Positions 49,961-60,491 are shown, numbered from the stretch's first letter. The stretch is 64,000 bases of DNA from Vicinamibacteria bacterium (GCA_963555995.3 OY821641.1:2400001-2464000), one strand, 5' to 3'. Program-made: numbers and translations. Notes: generated by a model from the sequence alone, not told the origin.

Positions 49961-51381
49961 ACTTCATCACCCGGAAACACCTCCCGCGCCGCACCTTCCT
50001 GCGGGGGGCGGGCGCCAGCGTGGCGCTACCGCTGCTCGACGCGATGACTCCCGCCGGGCTGTGGGCCGCCCCGAAGAAGGCGGCGGGGTTCACGCGGCTC
50101 GTCGCCATCGAGGAATCCATGGGCGTGGCCGGCTCGAGCGACTGGGGCGACGACCGCCACCTCTTCGCGCCGGCGAAGACCGGACGCGGCTTCGAACTGG
50201 TCGCGGACAGCCAGCTCAAACCGCTGGAAGCGTTCCGCGAGTACATGACCATCGTGAGTAACACCGACTGCCGCTCGGCGGAAGCGTTCCGGGCGGAGGA
50301 GATTGGTGGCGACCACGACCGCACGACGGCGGTGTTCCTGACCCAGGCCCATCCGAAGCAGACCCAGGGGTCCGACATCTTCATCGGCACCTCGCTCGAC
50401 CAGTTGCACGCGCAGCGCTTCGGGCGCGAGACGGTGCTCCCCTCGCTCGAGCTCTGTATCGAGGGCATAGACCGCGGCGGCGGCTGCGCCTACAACTACC
50501 ACTGCGCGTACACCACCTCGCTCGCGTGGGCCACGCCCAGCCTGCCGCTCCCCGCGATCCGCGAGCCGCGCGTCGTGTTCGAGCGGCTCTTCGGTGCCGG
50601 GGACACGGCGGCGGACCGGGCGGCGCGGCGCCGCACCGACCGCAGCATGATTGACTGGATCACGACCGAGGTCGCCCGGCTCAAGGGGACCCTGGGCGCC
50701 GCGGACCGGGTCGCCCTCGACGAGTACGTCGAGCACATCCGCGAGATCGAACGGAGGATCCAACTCGTCGAGGCGCGCAACACAAGCGGAGAGGAACGGG
50801 AGATGCCGGAGGCGCCCTCCGGGGTCCCGGATTCCTTCGTGGAGCACATGCAGTTGATGTTCGACCTGCAAGTGCTCGCGCTGCAGACCGACCTCACGCG
50901 CGTCATCACCTTCAAGACGGGCTTCGACCAGTCGAACCGGACGTTCCCCGAGAGCGGGACGACGAAGTCCGTCCACGGGGCCTCGCACCACGGCAACGTC
51001 CCCGAGGACATCATGGACTTCAACCGGATCAACGCCTACCGGCTGGGCCAACTCGCCTACTTCCTCGAGAAGATGCGCAACACGATGGAAGGCGACGGCT
51101 CGCTGCTCGACAAGACGGCGATCCTCTGGGGCTCGGCGATGGCGGACGGGAACCTCCACAACCACCGGCGGGCGCCGCTGCTGCTGCTGGGCCGGGCGAA
51201 CGGGGCGCTCGAGGGCGGCCTCCACCTGCGGGCCCCGAAGGGGACGCCGATGGCGAACGCCTTCGTGAGCCTGATGCGGAGGATCGGACACCCGGAGATG
51301 GACACCTTCGGCGACAGCGACGGCGTGTTCCCGCTCGACCTTCCGGACGAGGCGGCCACCGCCGCGAGCGTCTCCGCATGA
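49957..51381 (+). CDS. DUF1552 domain protein
   Basis: RRTFLRGAGASVALPLLDAM, SLDQ, PRVVFERLFG, HGASHHG, GNLHNH. Confidence 0.85.
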   Translation: MNFITRKHLPRRTFLRGAGASVALPLLDAMTPAGLWAAPKKAAGFTRLVAIEESMGVAGSSDWGDDRHLFAPAKTGRGFELVADSQLKPLEAFREYMTIVSNTDCRSAEAFRAEEIGGDHDRTTAVFLTQAHPKQTQGSDIFIGTSLDQLHAQRFGRETVLPSLELCIEGIDRGGGCAYNYHCAYTTSLAWATPSLPLPAIREPRVVFERLFGAGDTAADRAARRRTDRSMIDWITTEVARLKGTLGAADRVALDEYVEHIREIERRIQLVEARNTSGEEREMPEAPSGVPDSFVEHMQLMFDLQVLALQTDLTRVITFKTGFDQSNRTFPESGTTKSVHGASHHGNVPEDIMDFNRINAYRLGQLAYFLEKMRNTMEGDGSLLDKTAILWGSAMADGNLHNHRRAPLLLLGRANGALEGGLHLRAPKGTPMANAFVSLMRRIGHPEMDTFGDSDGVFPLDLPDEAATAASVSA

Positions 51382-53321
51382 AAGTCGCCGTTTCGCTGCT
51401 GGTAGCGGCAACCCTCCCGCTGGTTGCCGGCGCGGACGAGCGGCTGCTTGCCGCCGCCCGCGACGGGCAGACCGCCGTCGTCCGGTCCCTCCTCGAAAAG
51501 GGGGCGGACGTGAACGCGGCGCGCGGCGACGGACTGAGCGCGCTGCACTTCGCCGCCGAGGGCGGTCACCTCGCCGTGACCGAGGCGCTGGTGGCGGCCG
51601 GCGCCGCGGTGGACACCGGAACCCGGATCGGTGGCTACACCCCGCTCCAGATGGCGGCGCGGGGCGGGCATGGCGCCGTCGTCGCCCGCCTCCTCGAAGC
51701 CGGGGCGGACCCGAACGCCCGGACCACGAACAGCGGCGTGACCGCACTGCACCTCGCGGCCGCCGCCATCGGGGGCGAGTCGGCCGTGGCCGCGCTGCTC
51801 GACCACGGCGCGGAGCCGAACGCCCGCGAGGAGTCGGCGGGACAGACCCCCCTGTTCTTCGCGGCGGCCGCGAACCGGGCCGTCGCGACGGCCGCGTTGC
51901 TCGCCGCCGGCGCCGACCCCGGGATCACGACCGCGGTGGTGGATGTCCTGCCCACGCTGGCGCTGGACCGGGAAGCCAACCGCCGCTTCCGCGAAATGAT
52001 CGGCGCGCCGCCGCAGCGGATGGGAATGTACGGGCCCCGGGTGGACCCGGACGCCGAACCGCTGGGCGAGCCCAGCCCGGCCCAGGTCCAGGCGGCCATC
52101 CGCGCGCAGCGCGAGTTCCTCCGTTCCGGCCACGACGTCGGTGAGGTGAACCCGCACTCGCTCGGCCGCGTCGGGCCCGACTACCCGGGCGGTCCCGACC
52201 TCGTGCGCCCGCCCTACCGCGAGGTCCTCGTCGGCCGGACCGGCGGACTGACCGCGCTGCTGCACGCCGCCCGCGAGGGCCATGTGGAAGCCGCGACGGC
52301 CCTCCTCGACGGCGGCGCGGACCTCGACCAGGTGAGCGCGGACGGCACCAGCCCCCTCCTGATGGCGGCGCTCAACGGCCAGTTCGACCTGGCCCTCGCC
52401 CTCATCGAGCGCGGGGCGGATCCCGATCTCGGCACCTCGACGGACGGGGTCACGCCGCTCTTCGCCGTCCTCCAGACCCAGTGGGCGCCCAAGTCCAACT
52501 ATCCGCAACCGCGCGCGCAGGACCTGCAGGAGGCCGAACACCTCGACGTGCTCCGCGCGCTGCTCGACGCCGGGGCCGATCCCAACCCCCGCCTCAACAC
52601 CCACCTCTGGTACTGGGAATACGGTCTCACCAAGATGGGGATTGACCTCACCGGAGCGACGCCCTTCTGGCGGGCCGCCTTCGCCCAGGATCTCGAGGCG
52701 ATGCGGCTGCTCGTCGCGCACGGAGCCGATCCTCACACTCCTACCCGCTGGCCCGAGGTCGGGATGCGGGAGCGCCGGCAGCAGGACGGCCGCCAGCAGG
52801 AGGACTCCGCGCTGCCGTGGATCCCCAAGGGGGCGCCGAACGCCTGGCCGATCCACGCCGCGGCGGGGGGCGGATACCTGGGACTGGGCGCGTTCAGCGT
52901 TCGGAACGAGCCCGACCAGTTCCTTCCCGCCGTGAAGTACCTGATCGAGGAACTCGGCGCGGACGTGAACCAGCGCGACTCCTGGCTCTACACCCCGATG
53001 CACTACGCGGCATCACGGGGCGACAACGAGCTCATCGAGTACCTCGTGTCGCTGGGCGGGGACGTCACCGCGATCACCCGCCTCGGGCAGTCCACCGCCG
53101 ACATGGCGCGCGGAGGCCGGGCCGGGTTCTTCACCCGCGTCCCGTACCCAGAGACCGTCGAGCTGCTCCAGAGTCTCGGCTCGACGCTCGAGTGCCTCCA
53201 CACCCACTTCCTCGACACCGGAGACTTCTGCTCCGGCGCGGGCATGGACGACCCGTGGGCGCCCACCGCGACCGACGCGGAGGAAAAGCCCTCCGATTCC
53301 GGAAAGTCCGGACCCCGCTGA
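51378..53321 (+). CDS. Secreted ankyrin-repeat protein
   Basis: Signal peptide; repeated GxTPLHxAA..G(A)DVN/PN units; ATGA overlap with the DUF1552 gene. Confidence 0.9.
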   Translation: MKVAVSLLVAATLPLVAGADERLLAAARDGQTAVVRSLLEKGADVNAARGDGLSALHFAAEGGHLAVTEALVAAGAAVDTGTRIGGYTPLQMAARGGHGAVVARLLEAGADPNARTTNSGVTALHLAAAAIGGESAVAALLDHGAEPNAREESAGQTPLFFAAAANRAVATAALLAAGADPGITTAVVDVLPTLALDREANRRFREMIGAPPQRMGMYGPRVDPDAEPLGEPSPAQVQAAIRAQREFLRSGHDVGEVNPHSLGRVGPDYPGGPDLVRPPYREVLVGRTGGLTALLHAAREGHVEAATALLDGGADLDQVSADGTSPLLMAALNGQFDLALALIERGADPDLGTSTDGVTPLFAVLQTQWAPKSNYPQPRAQDLQEAEHLDVLRALLDAGADPNPRLNTHLWYWEYGLTKMGIDLTGATPFWRAAFAQDLEAMRLLVAHGADPHTPTRWPEVGMRERRQQDGRQQEDSALPWIPKGAPNAWPIHAAAGGGYLGLGAFSVRNEPDQFLPAVKYLIEELGADVNQRDSWLYTPMHYAASRGDNELIEYLVSLGGDVTAITRLGQSTADMARGGRAGFFTRVPYPETVELLQSLGSTLECLHTHFLDTGDFCSGAGMDDPWAPTATDAEEKPSDSGKSGPR

Positions 53322-53357
53322 CCGGGCCGCTCTAGCCGGCTAGGCAGCGCGCCGACC

Positions 53358-53482
53358 GGGACTGGTCTTCAGACCGGCACGCGGGCCGGAGGCCCGCCAA
53401 ATGCGTCGGGCCGCACATCCTGACGGCGCGCCGGCTTGGAACGCCGGTCTCCGACCGGCACGCGCGGCGCTCCGCGCCGCGC
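53358..53482 (-). repeat. Two REP-like double-hairpin copies
   Basis: On the minus strand: GCGGGCCTCCGGCCCGC-GTGCCGGTCTGAAGACCAGTCCC and GCGCGGCGCGGAGCGCCGCGC-GTGCCGGTCGGAGACCGGCGTTCCA. Confidence 0.75.
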
Positions 53483-53525
53483 ACGTCGTAACTCCATTCA
53501 CGCCCGAGGCTTCTGCCGGACGGAA

Positions 53526-53668
53526 ACATGTCGCACTAGCCCGTCCTCTGGAAGGAATGTGTCGCTGTACCCGAATCTGCGGGAGAAACATGCAGCAGTA
53601 GCGGAGCTGGCTGGTCGGGTACATGTCGCAGTAGCGGGGTCAGCCGTAGAGCGACATGTAGCAGTACG
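53526..53668. repeat. Five-unit array of a 15-nt motif (consensus ACATGTCGCAGTAGC), 31-33 nt period, variable spacers
   Basis: Copies start at 53526, 53557, 53588, 53621 and 53654. Confidence 0.75.
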
Positions 53669-53676
53669 CTGTCGCC

Positions 53677-54879
53677 ATGGCCGAAACCGGAAGCCGGCGG
53701 ACGGACCTCCGGAACGCGATCCGGGAAGAGGGTTTCCGCCTCGGCTTCTCCGCGGTCGGCTTCGCCCCGCCCCGGCTCCCGGACGCGGGCGAGCGGTTCG
53801 AGGAATGGCTCGCCGGCGGCAACCACGGGACGATGCATTGGATGGCCCGCGACCCCGCCCGGCGGAGCGACGCGGCCAGCATCCGCGACGGCAACGGAGA
53901 CTCGGCCCGAAGCACCGAGAGGACCGTCATCGCGTGCGGCCTCAACTACTACGCGGGCAGTCCGGCTGCCGCGCCACCGGGCGGCGGAGTGATCTCGCAG
54001 TACGCGCGGGGCGAGGACTACCACCGGGTGCTGGATGCGAAGCTCCGCGCCCTCGCGGCATTCGCCGAGTCCGCCGCCGTCGAAGCCGGACTGCTTCCCG
54101 AACGCCCGCCCGGCGCCCGCCGACGCATCCCGACCCTGGTGGATCACGGACCCCTGCTCGAAAAGGCGTTCGCCCAACGGGCCGGCCTCGGCTGGGTCGG
54201 CAAGCACTCGAACGTGATTGCGACCCGCGGCAGTTCCTGGTTCTTCCTCGGCGAGATCCTGTTCCCCGTGGACCTGCCGTCCGACGACCCGCATCCGAAC
54301 CGTTGCGGCACCTGCTCCCGCTGCATGGCCGCCTGCCCCACCGGCGCCATCGTCGAGCCCTACGTGGTGGACAGCCGGCGGTGCATCTCCTACCTCACCG
54401 TCGAACTCCGGGGACCCATCCCGGTCGAGTTCCGGAGGGCCATCGGCAACCGCATCTTCGGCTGCGACGACTGCCAGGACGTCTGCCCGTGGAACCGCTT
54501 CGCCGGGAAGGCGGAAGAACCCCGGCTCGCTCCGACGCCGGACGGGCTCCACACGGAGACGCTCATCGCTCTGCTTCAACTCACTCCCGAGGAGTTCCGC
54601 GTTCGCACCCGACGGAGCGCCGTCCGCCGCGCGGGCTACGCCGGCTTCCTTCGGAACGTCGCCGTCGCACTCGGCAACGTGGGCGGTCCCGGGGCGTTCG
54701 AGGCCCTCACCGAAGCGCTGGACCATCCCGAGCCCCTCGTCCGCGGCCACGCGGCGTGGGCGCTCGCCCAAAGGGATCCGCAGCGGGCGGAACCGCTCCT
54801 GGCGGCGCGGCTCTCCCGCGAACGCGATTCCGCCGTGCGGTCCCAACTGAGCGCTCTCACCGGTCTCTACACCGCCTGA
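53677..54879 (+). CDS. queG: Epoxyqueuosine reductase
   Basis: HGTMHWM, YARGEDYH, LEKAFAQRAGLGWVGKH, CGTCSRCMAACPTGA, CISYLTVE, GCDDCQDVCPWN, HEAT tail. Confidence 0.95.
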   Translation: MAETGSRRTDLRNAIREEGFRLGFSAVGFAPPRLPDAGERFEEWLAGGNHGTMHWMARDPARRSDAASIRDGNGDSARSTERTVIACGLNYYAGSPAAAPPGGGVISQYARGEDYHRVLDAKLRALAAFAESAAVEAGLLPERPPGARRRIPTLVDHGPLLEKAFAQRAGLGWVGKHSNVIATRGSSWFFLGEILFPVDLPSDDPHPNRCGTCSRCMAACPTGAIVEPYVVDSRRCISYLTVELRGPIPVEFRRAIGNRIFGCDDCQDVCPWNRFAGKAEEPRLAPTPDGLHTETLIALLQLTPEEFRVRTRRSAVRRAGYAGFLRNVAVALGNVGGPGAFEALTEALDHPEPLVRGHAAWALAQRDPQRAEPLLAARLSRERDSAVRSQLSALTGLYTA

Positions 54880-54932
54880 GCCCCGACGAGCACCCCGGCG
54901 CTCCGCAGTTCGGCCAAGGCTTTCGCCGCGTA

Positions 54933-55028
54933 GCCCGCCTGCCGGCCCGAACTTATGTGATTCAGCCCGTCTCCCGGCCCGAACTTATGTGATTCGGCCC
55001 GCCTGCCGGCCCCAGCTTGTGTGATTCG
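54933..55028. repeat. Three tandem 32-bp repeats overlapping the methyltransferase 3' end
   Basis: GCCCGCCTGCCGGCCCGAACTTATGTGATTC(A/G) at 54933, 54965 and 54997. Confidence 0.9.
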
Positions 55029-56536
55029 CCCACCGCGAAGAGTGCTCTCGATAGCGGGACGCCGGCCTCGTTTGCGATGCTCAAGGCCAGATGATCGGGA
55101 ACGGGCAGTCGCTCGAGGTTGCGAGGCTCTACCTTGATGGCTCCGCCGCCGTAGGACTTGCCGACGAGTCGAAGGTTCTGGATTGTTTCGGGCGCGTTCA
55201 GGACACGCCACAGGTTGTCCACGGAGTCTGCGAAGCGGGGGTGCGGATACACGCAGAGGAAACAGGTCAACGGCACGACTCCGGCCCGGTTGCGCACGAA
55301 GCGGGAGTTACGGCGACCCAGATAGGCGAAGAGCAGCGGGGGCGGGGTACGCCTCTCCATGCGGTACCAGGGGCGCCGCGTTCGAAGCAGCGCCCGGCGG
55401 TTGAGTCCGTCCTGCTCGCCGCGCCGAATGTACTCCCTGAGTCGTGGTGGCAGGTCATCCGGCGCCTGTCCGTCCAGGCAGAGGAGGTACGTGGGGCGTC
55501 CCGCCCCCTCCAGGCGTTCCAAATCCTCCACTTCCAGAACGTCACCGGGGACGTCCCGGGTCCTGCCAACCACCAGGCGCAGCATCTCCTCGGGAATCCC
55601 TTCCGCCTCGGCCTGCTGCCGGGTAAGCCAGAAGAACGCATTCGCGCCCGTCGCGATCCCACGGCGAACAGTGGCGAAGTCACCGAGCTTGAATCGCGTC
55701 TGGACCGTCGCTGGCGGGCGCGAGAGACCGGTCGTCACGCCCTCGTCCACATCACGATCCGTCCGGTCGAGTGACAGAGGCAGGGAAGAGCGCAGGCCGC
55801 GCTGCATGAGGAGCGTGAGATCCGGTGTCTCGGCTTCGCGGCACCTGATCCAGGCAAACCGCCTCCGCGGCGGTGCGTTCCGGATCATCAGGATCACCGC
55901 GTTCGTATCGACCCCCGGAAACGGCGTCGCATCGGGGTCGAACGCCACCACCGCGTCGAGCCGGAATCGGGACGCGATCCAGGTCCAGAGATGGCGCGCG
56001 AAGACTCCCTCGCAGGTGTCTGCCGGAACGATGAACGCCAGCCGGCCACCCTCCTCCAGCATCGAGAGCGCGCGGATCAGGAAATACACATGGAGTCCGG
56101 CCCGTCCGTCCAGCGGCCGGCCGATTTCGCGGAGACAGAGCTCCCGCAAGGCATTCTTGATGTGGGCGGGGAGGCGGTGGTGGCGGATGTACGGCGGATT
56201 CGCCACGATTGCGCCATAGCGGCCGGGCGGCGGATCCAGGGCGAAATCGCGTTGCTCCACGCGGCAGAAGGGCTTTCCGAAGATCTCGCCTCGCAGCAGT
56301 GATTCGTCAATGTCGGTGCCGAAAAACGTTCGCTCGTCGGACTCCTGCCTGAGCGCCAGGAAAGCCTCGAAGAAGGCCCCGCCGCCGACGGCCGGGTCGT
56401 AGAGGACCGACGAATCGCCCCGCATCGCGTAGGCGACCATCGCCCGCGCGACCCACGGCGGGGTCCAGAACTGGCCCTTTTCCCGGAGCTTCTCGCGGCT
56501 TTCCCAGTCGGTGGGAAGGGAGCTAGAGCTACTCAC
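54962..56536 (-). CDS. N6-adenine DNA methyltransferase, gamma class (type II R-M type)
   Basis: GQFWTP, YDPAVGGGAF (motif I), NPPY (motif IV), GIATGANAFF, YGGGAIKVEP; start taken at GTG 56536 although the frame is open upstream. Confidence 0.9.
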   Translation of the reverse strand: MSSSSSLPTDWESREKLREKGQFWTPPWVARAMVAYAMRGDSSVLYDPAVGGGAFFEAFLALRQESDERTFFGTDIDESLLRGEIFGKPFCRVEQRDFALDPPPGRYGAIVANPPYIRHHRLPAHIKNALRELCLREIGRPLDGRAGLHVYFLIRALSMLEEGGRLAFIVPADTCEGVFARHLWTWIASRFRLDAVVAFDPDATPFPGVDTNAVILMIRNAPPRRRFAWIRCREAETPDLTLLMQRGLRSSLPLSLDRTDRDVDEGVTTGLSRPPATVQTRFKLGDFATVRRGIATGANAFFWLTRQQAEAEGIPEEMLRLVVGRTRDVPGDVLEVEDLERLEGAGRPTYLLCLDGQAPDDLPPRLREYIRRGEQDGLNRRALLRTRRPWYRMERRTPPPLLFAYLGRRNSRFVRNRAGVVPLTCFLCVYPHPRFADSVDNLWRVLNAPETIQNLRLVGKSYGGGAIKVEPRNLERLPVPDHLALSIANEAGVPLSRALFAVGESHKLGPAGGPNHISSGRETG

Positions 56537-56700
56537 CAAAATCACGTCGTCGAGTCGCTGCAACGCCTCGTCGGGGAAAGAGATCACACCGCCCCGGAAG
56601 CGCACATAGGGGAGGATCTGTCCGTTCTTGTCCTTGATGAATTCCGCTACAAGCTCGGGTTCGGATGTCGAGGTCGCCAGATCGGATTCTGACTCTGAAC
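56537..56700 (-). pseudogene. Possible C-terminal remnant of a restriction endonuclease, in frame with the methyltransferase
   Basis: EPELVAEFIKDKNGQILPYVRFRGG..EALQRLDD resembles, from memory only, C termini of AccI-like endonucleases. Confidence 0.35.
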
Positions 56701-56724
56701 CCCGACACAAGTTGACACGACGAG

Positions 56725-57096
56725 CTATCGGTTGGTCCGTTGCGCCGGCGAATCCGGAGTCCAGAACAGGTTGGCGCCCGCACCGGCTGAGTCGGGCTGG
56801 CGGACGTAACGCTCGGGGATGCCGTACTCGTCGCCGTAGGCCTTGACCGTCTCCCGGATTGCCACCGCAAGCCGTGGCTCTACGCCCTCGAACGCGCCAC
56901 TGCAGTTCATCGCTTCCGCGAGCCACTCCCCCAGTTCGCTTTGCCCCCGCTCATCCATGATGTCCCGGACCTCCATCAGGGCGGCGCCAACGGCGTATTC
57001 CACGAAGAGTTCCGCGAGCACGGCGTCATCGAGGGTCACGGCTCCGTCGCGCATCGGGTGTCCGTAGCTCAGACAGTCTGGGGGTGGCTTGGCCAT
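56725..57096 (-). CDS. Hypothetical acidic helical protein (123 aa)
   Basis: GGAGGG RBS before ATG 57096; protein-like composition; no motif recognised. Confidence 0.6.
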   Translation of the reverse strand: MAKPPPDCLSYGHPMRDGAVTLDDAVLAELFVEYAVGAALMEVRDIMDERGQSELGEWLAEAMNCSGAFEGVEPRLAVAIRETVKAYGDEYGIPERYVRQPDSAGAGANLFWTPDSPAQRTNR

Positions 57097-57250
57097 GGCG
57101 GTCCCTCCGGTGATCGGGCTTCGATCGTAGCAGCCGGACGCGCATCGAATTCGGTGGCGGCGCTGGCAGGTCGAAGGCTCCATCGGCGGCGGTTTGTTGT
57201 GTTACTGCGGCTCCGCGTGTCGGCCAAGCGCCGTAATGGCGCCGCCGGCT

Positions 57251-57564
57251 TGGAACGCCGGCTTCAGCCGGCACCTGCTGCACGAAGCGCAGCGGACTGC
57301 ACGACACTGCCCCGTGCGATGGCGTTCGGTTCCATCACTGCGAACAGCGACTTGACATTCGCGGCCCTGCGGGCCGCGGTGCCGGCTGAAGCCGGCGCTC
57401 CAAGCCGTTCCGCCATTGGGACAGACGGCCCGACGCGCTCTGCGGCCCTGCGGGCCGCGGTGCCGGCTGAAGCCGGCGTTCCAGGCCGTCCCGCCATCGG
57501 GACAGACGGCTCGACGCGCTTCGCGGCCCTACGGGCCGCGGTGCCGGCTGAAGCCGGGGCTCCA
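57251..57564. repeat. REP/REPIN-like cluster: one minus-strand copy and three plus-strand copies at 81-bp period
   Basis: GCGGCCCTGCGGGCCGCG-GTGCCGGCTGAAGCCGGCGCTCCA at 57361, 57442 and 57523; inverted copy at 57251-57295. Confidence 0.9.
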
Positions 57565-57568
57565 GGCC

Positions 57569-58966
<1,398 letters not shown>

Positions 58967-59042
58967 TTGGGCGCGAAGTATAGGGGCCGGCAGCCCGCCG
59001 GCCGGACGGCCCGCCAGTCCTCCGCCGCGACCATTTCGCGCG

Positions 59043-59843
59043 TCAGGCGGGCAGCAGCAGCGTGAGCAGTTCCTCGCGGGTGAGGAGCGTCTGGGGACCC
59101 TCCAGAAAGGGCGCCACGTCGGCGCGGACGGACTCCCAGGACATGGTCTCCACCCGCCGCGCCACCGCGGGGCGCCAGGTTTCTCCGGTCAGCGGGGCCG
59201 CCGCCGGCTTCGCCTGCCGGAGCGCGGAGTTCAGCAGGCGGAGGTTCGGCGGCGGCCAGCGCCGGTCGGCGAGATACCACCCGAGGTCGTACACGTCGCG
59301 CCCCTTGGCGTACGGACGGCAAAGGACCGCCGCCAGCTTGCCGGCGAGGAGCGAGGCGCGGTCGTGATGGCGGAGGCGGACGGTGACGTGCCGCTGGACC
59401 GTCCGCGTCTCGACCACCGCTCCCGCCGGCGGATTCGCATCCACCTCGATCTTGATGGCCAGCTTCTCCGTGGGATGCGGGGAGAGGCGCGCTTGGTAGA
59501 GGAGACCCGGAAAGCGCAGCCACCCCGCGTGTACCACGCCCTGATCGCGGAGCACGGATTCGATCTCGTAGCCCTCGCCGAGGAACTGGCGCGCCACCCC
59601 GAGCAGCCAGCCCTCAAGGTCATAGGCATTCCGGTCCGTTTCGAGCGCGAAGTCGAGATCCTCGGAGTAACGCGGCATCAGGAAGAGGAACCGGAGCGCC
59701 GTTCCGCCGCAAAAAGCCAGCGGACGGGTTGCGCCCCGGCGCTGGAGTGACTCGAGGATGCGGGCCTGCAGGTATTCGCGCAACACGTTGCGCCCCTGCC
59801 CCGGCGGCGCCTCGCGCGCCAGTTGCAGCGCCAGATCCCTCAC
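59043..59843 (-). CDS. AbiEii/AbiGii-family nucleotidyltransferase toxin (type IV TA)
   Basis: LREYLQ, FCGGTALR..RYSEDLDF, IKIEVD, KLAA..KGRDVYDL. Confidence 0.9.
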   Translation of the reverse strand: MRDLALQLAREAPPGQGRNVLREYLQARILESLQRRGATRPLAFCGGTALRFLFLMPRYSEDLDFALETDRNAYDLEGWLLGVARQFLGEGYEIESVLRDQGVVHAGWLRFPGLLYQARLSPHPTEKLAIKIEVDANPPAGAVVETRTVQRHVTVRLRHHDRASLLAGKLAAVLCRPYAKGRDVYDLGWYLADRRWPPPNLRLLNSALRQAKPAAAPLTGETWRPAVARRVETMSWESVRADVAPFLEGPQTLLTREELLTLLLPA

Positions 59844-60484
59844 GGCGTCAGTTTCCGGAACTTCAGCGCCGGGTCGTCCACGCGCGAGCCGAGCACGCCG
59901 GCCGCCCGCCGCAGTTTCGGGCTCCCGGCAGCCGTCGCGAGCCGCATCAGCTCCGCAGAGGAGAACGCCTCCAGATCCAGCCGCAGTTCGTCAATCCAGG
60001 CCGGGTTGTCACCGTCGGGATGGAACCAGGCGAGATCCAGGAACGCCTTCTCGGGGGTGGCGACGAAGGCGTGCCGGCCACGCAGGACTTCCACCCGCCG
60101 GTAGCCGGTCCGCAGGGCGGGCTTCAGGTAGCGGCAGGAGAAGCGTCCCATCGGGGTCTCCCGGCGGAACGGGCGCCCGGGGCCGCAGCTCGTGGTCTCG
60201 AAGACGGCCTCGGGGATCGCGCCGTAGTGGGCGAGCGCGGCCACCCCGCTGACGTAGCTCCCGGGCGACAGGCGGTTGGCGACGATGAAGGGATGCGGGA
60301 ACGTCTTCCGGTAGGGGGGCGCGAGCGCGTAGAGCCCGCGGCGGAGCTGGACGACCTTCCCCGCCCGCCGCCAGCGGTCGAGCTGGCCCGGAAGGGCGGC
60401 CGGGCGCGACTCGTCGGCGGCGAGGAAGCCCGTGTCGAACAGGGGTTCGTCGCCGACGATCTGGAGGAGGGTCTCGAAAAACAT
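59840..60484 (-). CDS. AbiEi-family antitoxin / transcriptional regulator
   Basis: QLRRGLY, SYVS..ALAHYGAIPE, ATPEKAFLD; GTGA overlap with the toxin gene. Confidence 0.85.
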   Translation of the reverse strand: MFFETLLQIVGDEPLFDTGFLAADESRPAALPGQLDRWRRAGKVVQLRRGLYALAPPYRKTFPHPFIVANRLSPGSYVSGVAALAHYGAIPEAVFETTSCGPGRPFRRETPMGRFSCRYLKPALRTGYRRVEVLRGRHAFVATPEKAFLDLAWFHPDGDNPAWIDELRLDLEAFSSAELMRLATAAGSPKLRRAAGVLGSRVDDPALKFRKLTP

Positions 60485-60491
60485 TGCGGTA

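Noticed and set aside
53332-53343. Perfect palindrome CTAGCCGGCTAG as a transposon footprint
   Set aside because: Too short to distinguish from chance or from part of a terminator without comparative data.
53526-53668. CRISPR array
   Set aside because: The repeats are only 15 nt and degenerate, spacers are 16-18 nt, and there are no cas genes; kept as an unclassified array instead.
57361-57564. CRISPR-like repeats or a 27-aa repeat protein (ORF 56941-57603)
   Set aside because: The spacers are near-identical to each other and the unit matches dispersed REP-like copies; the open frame follows from the 81-bp period.
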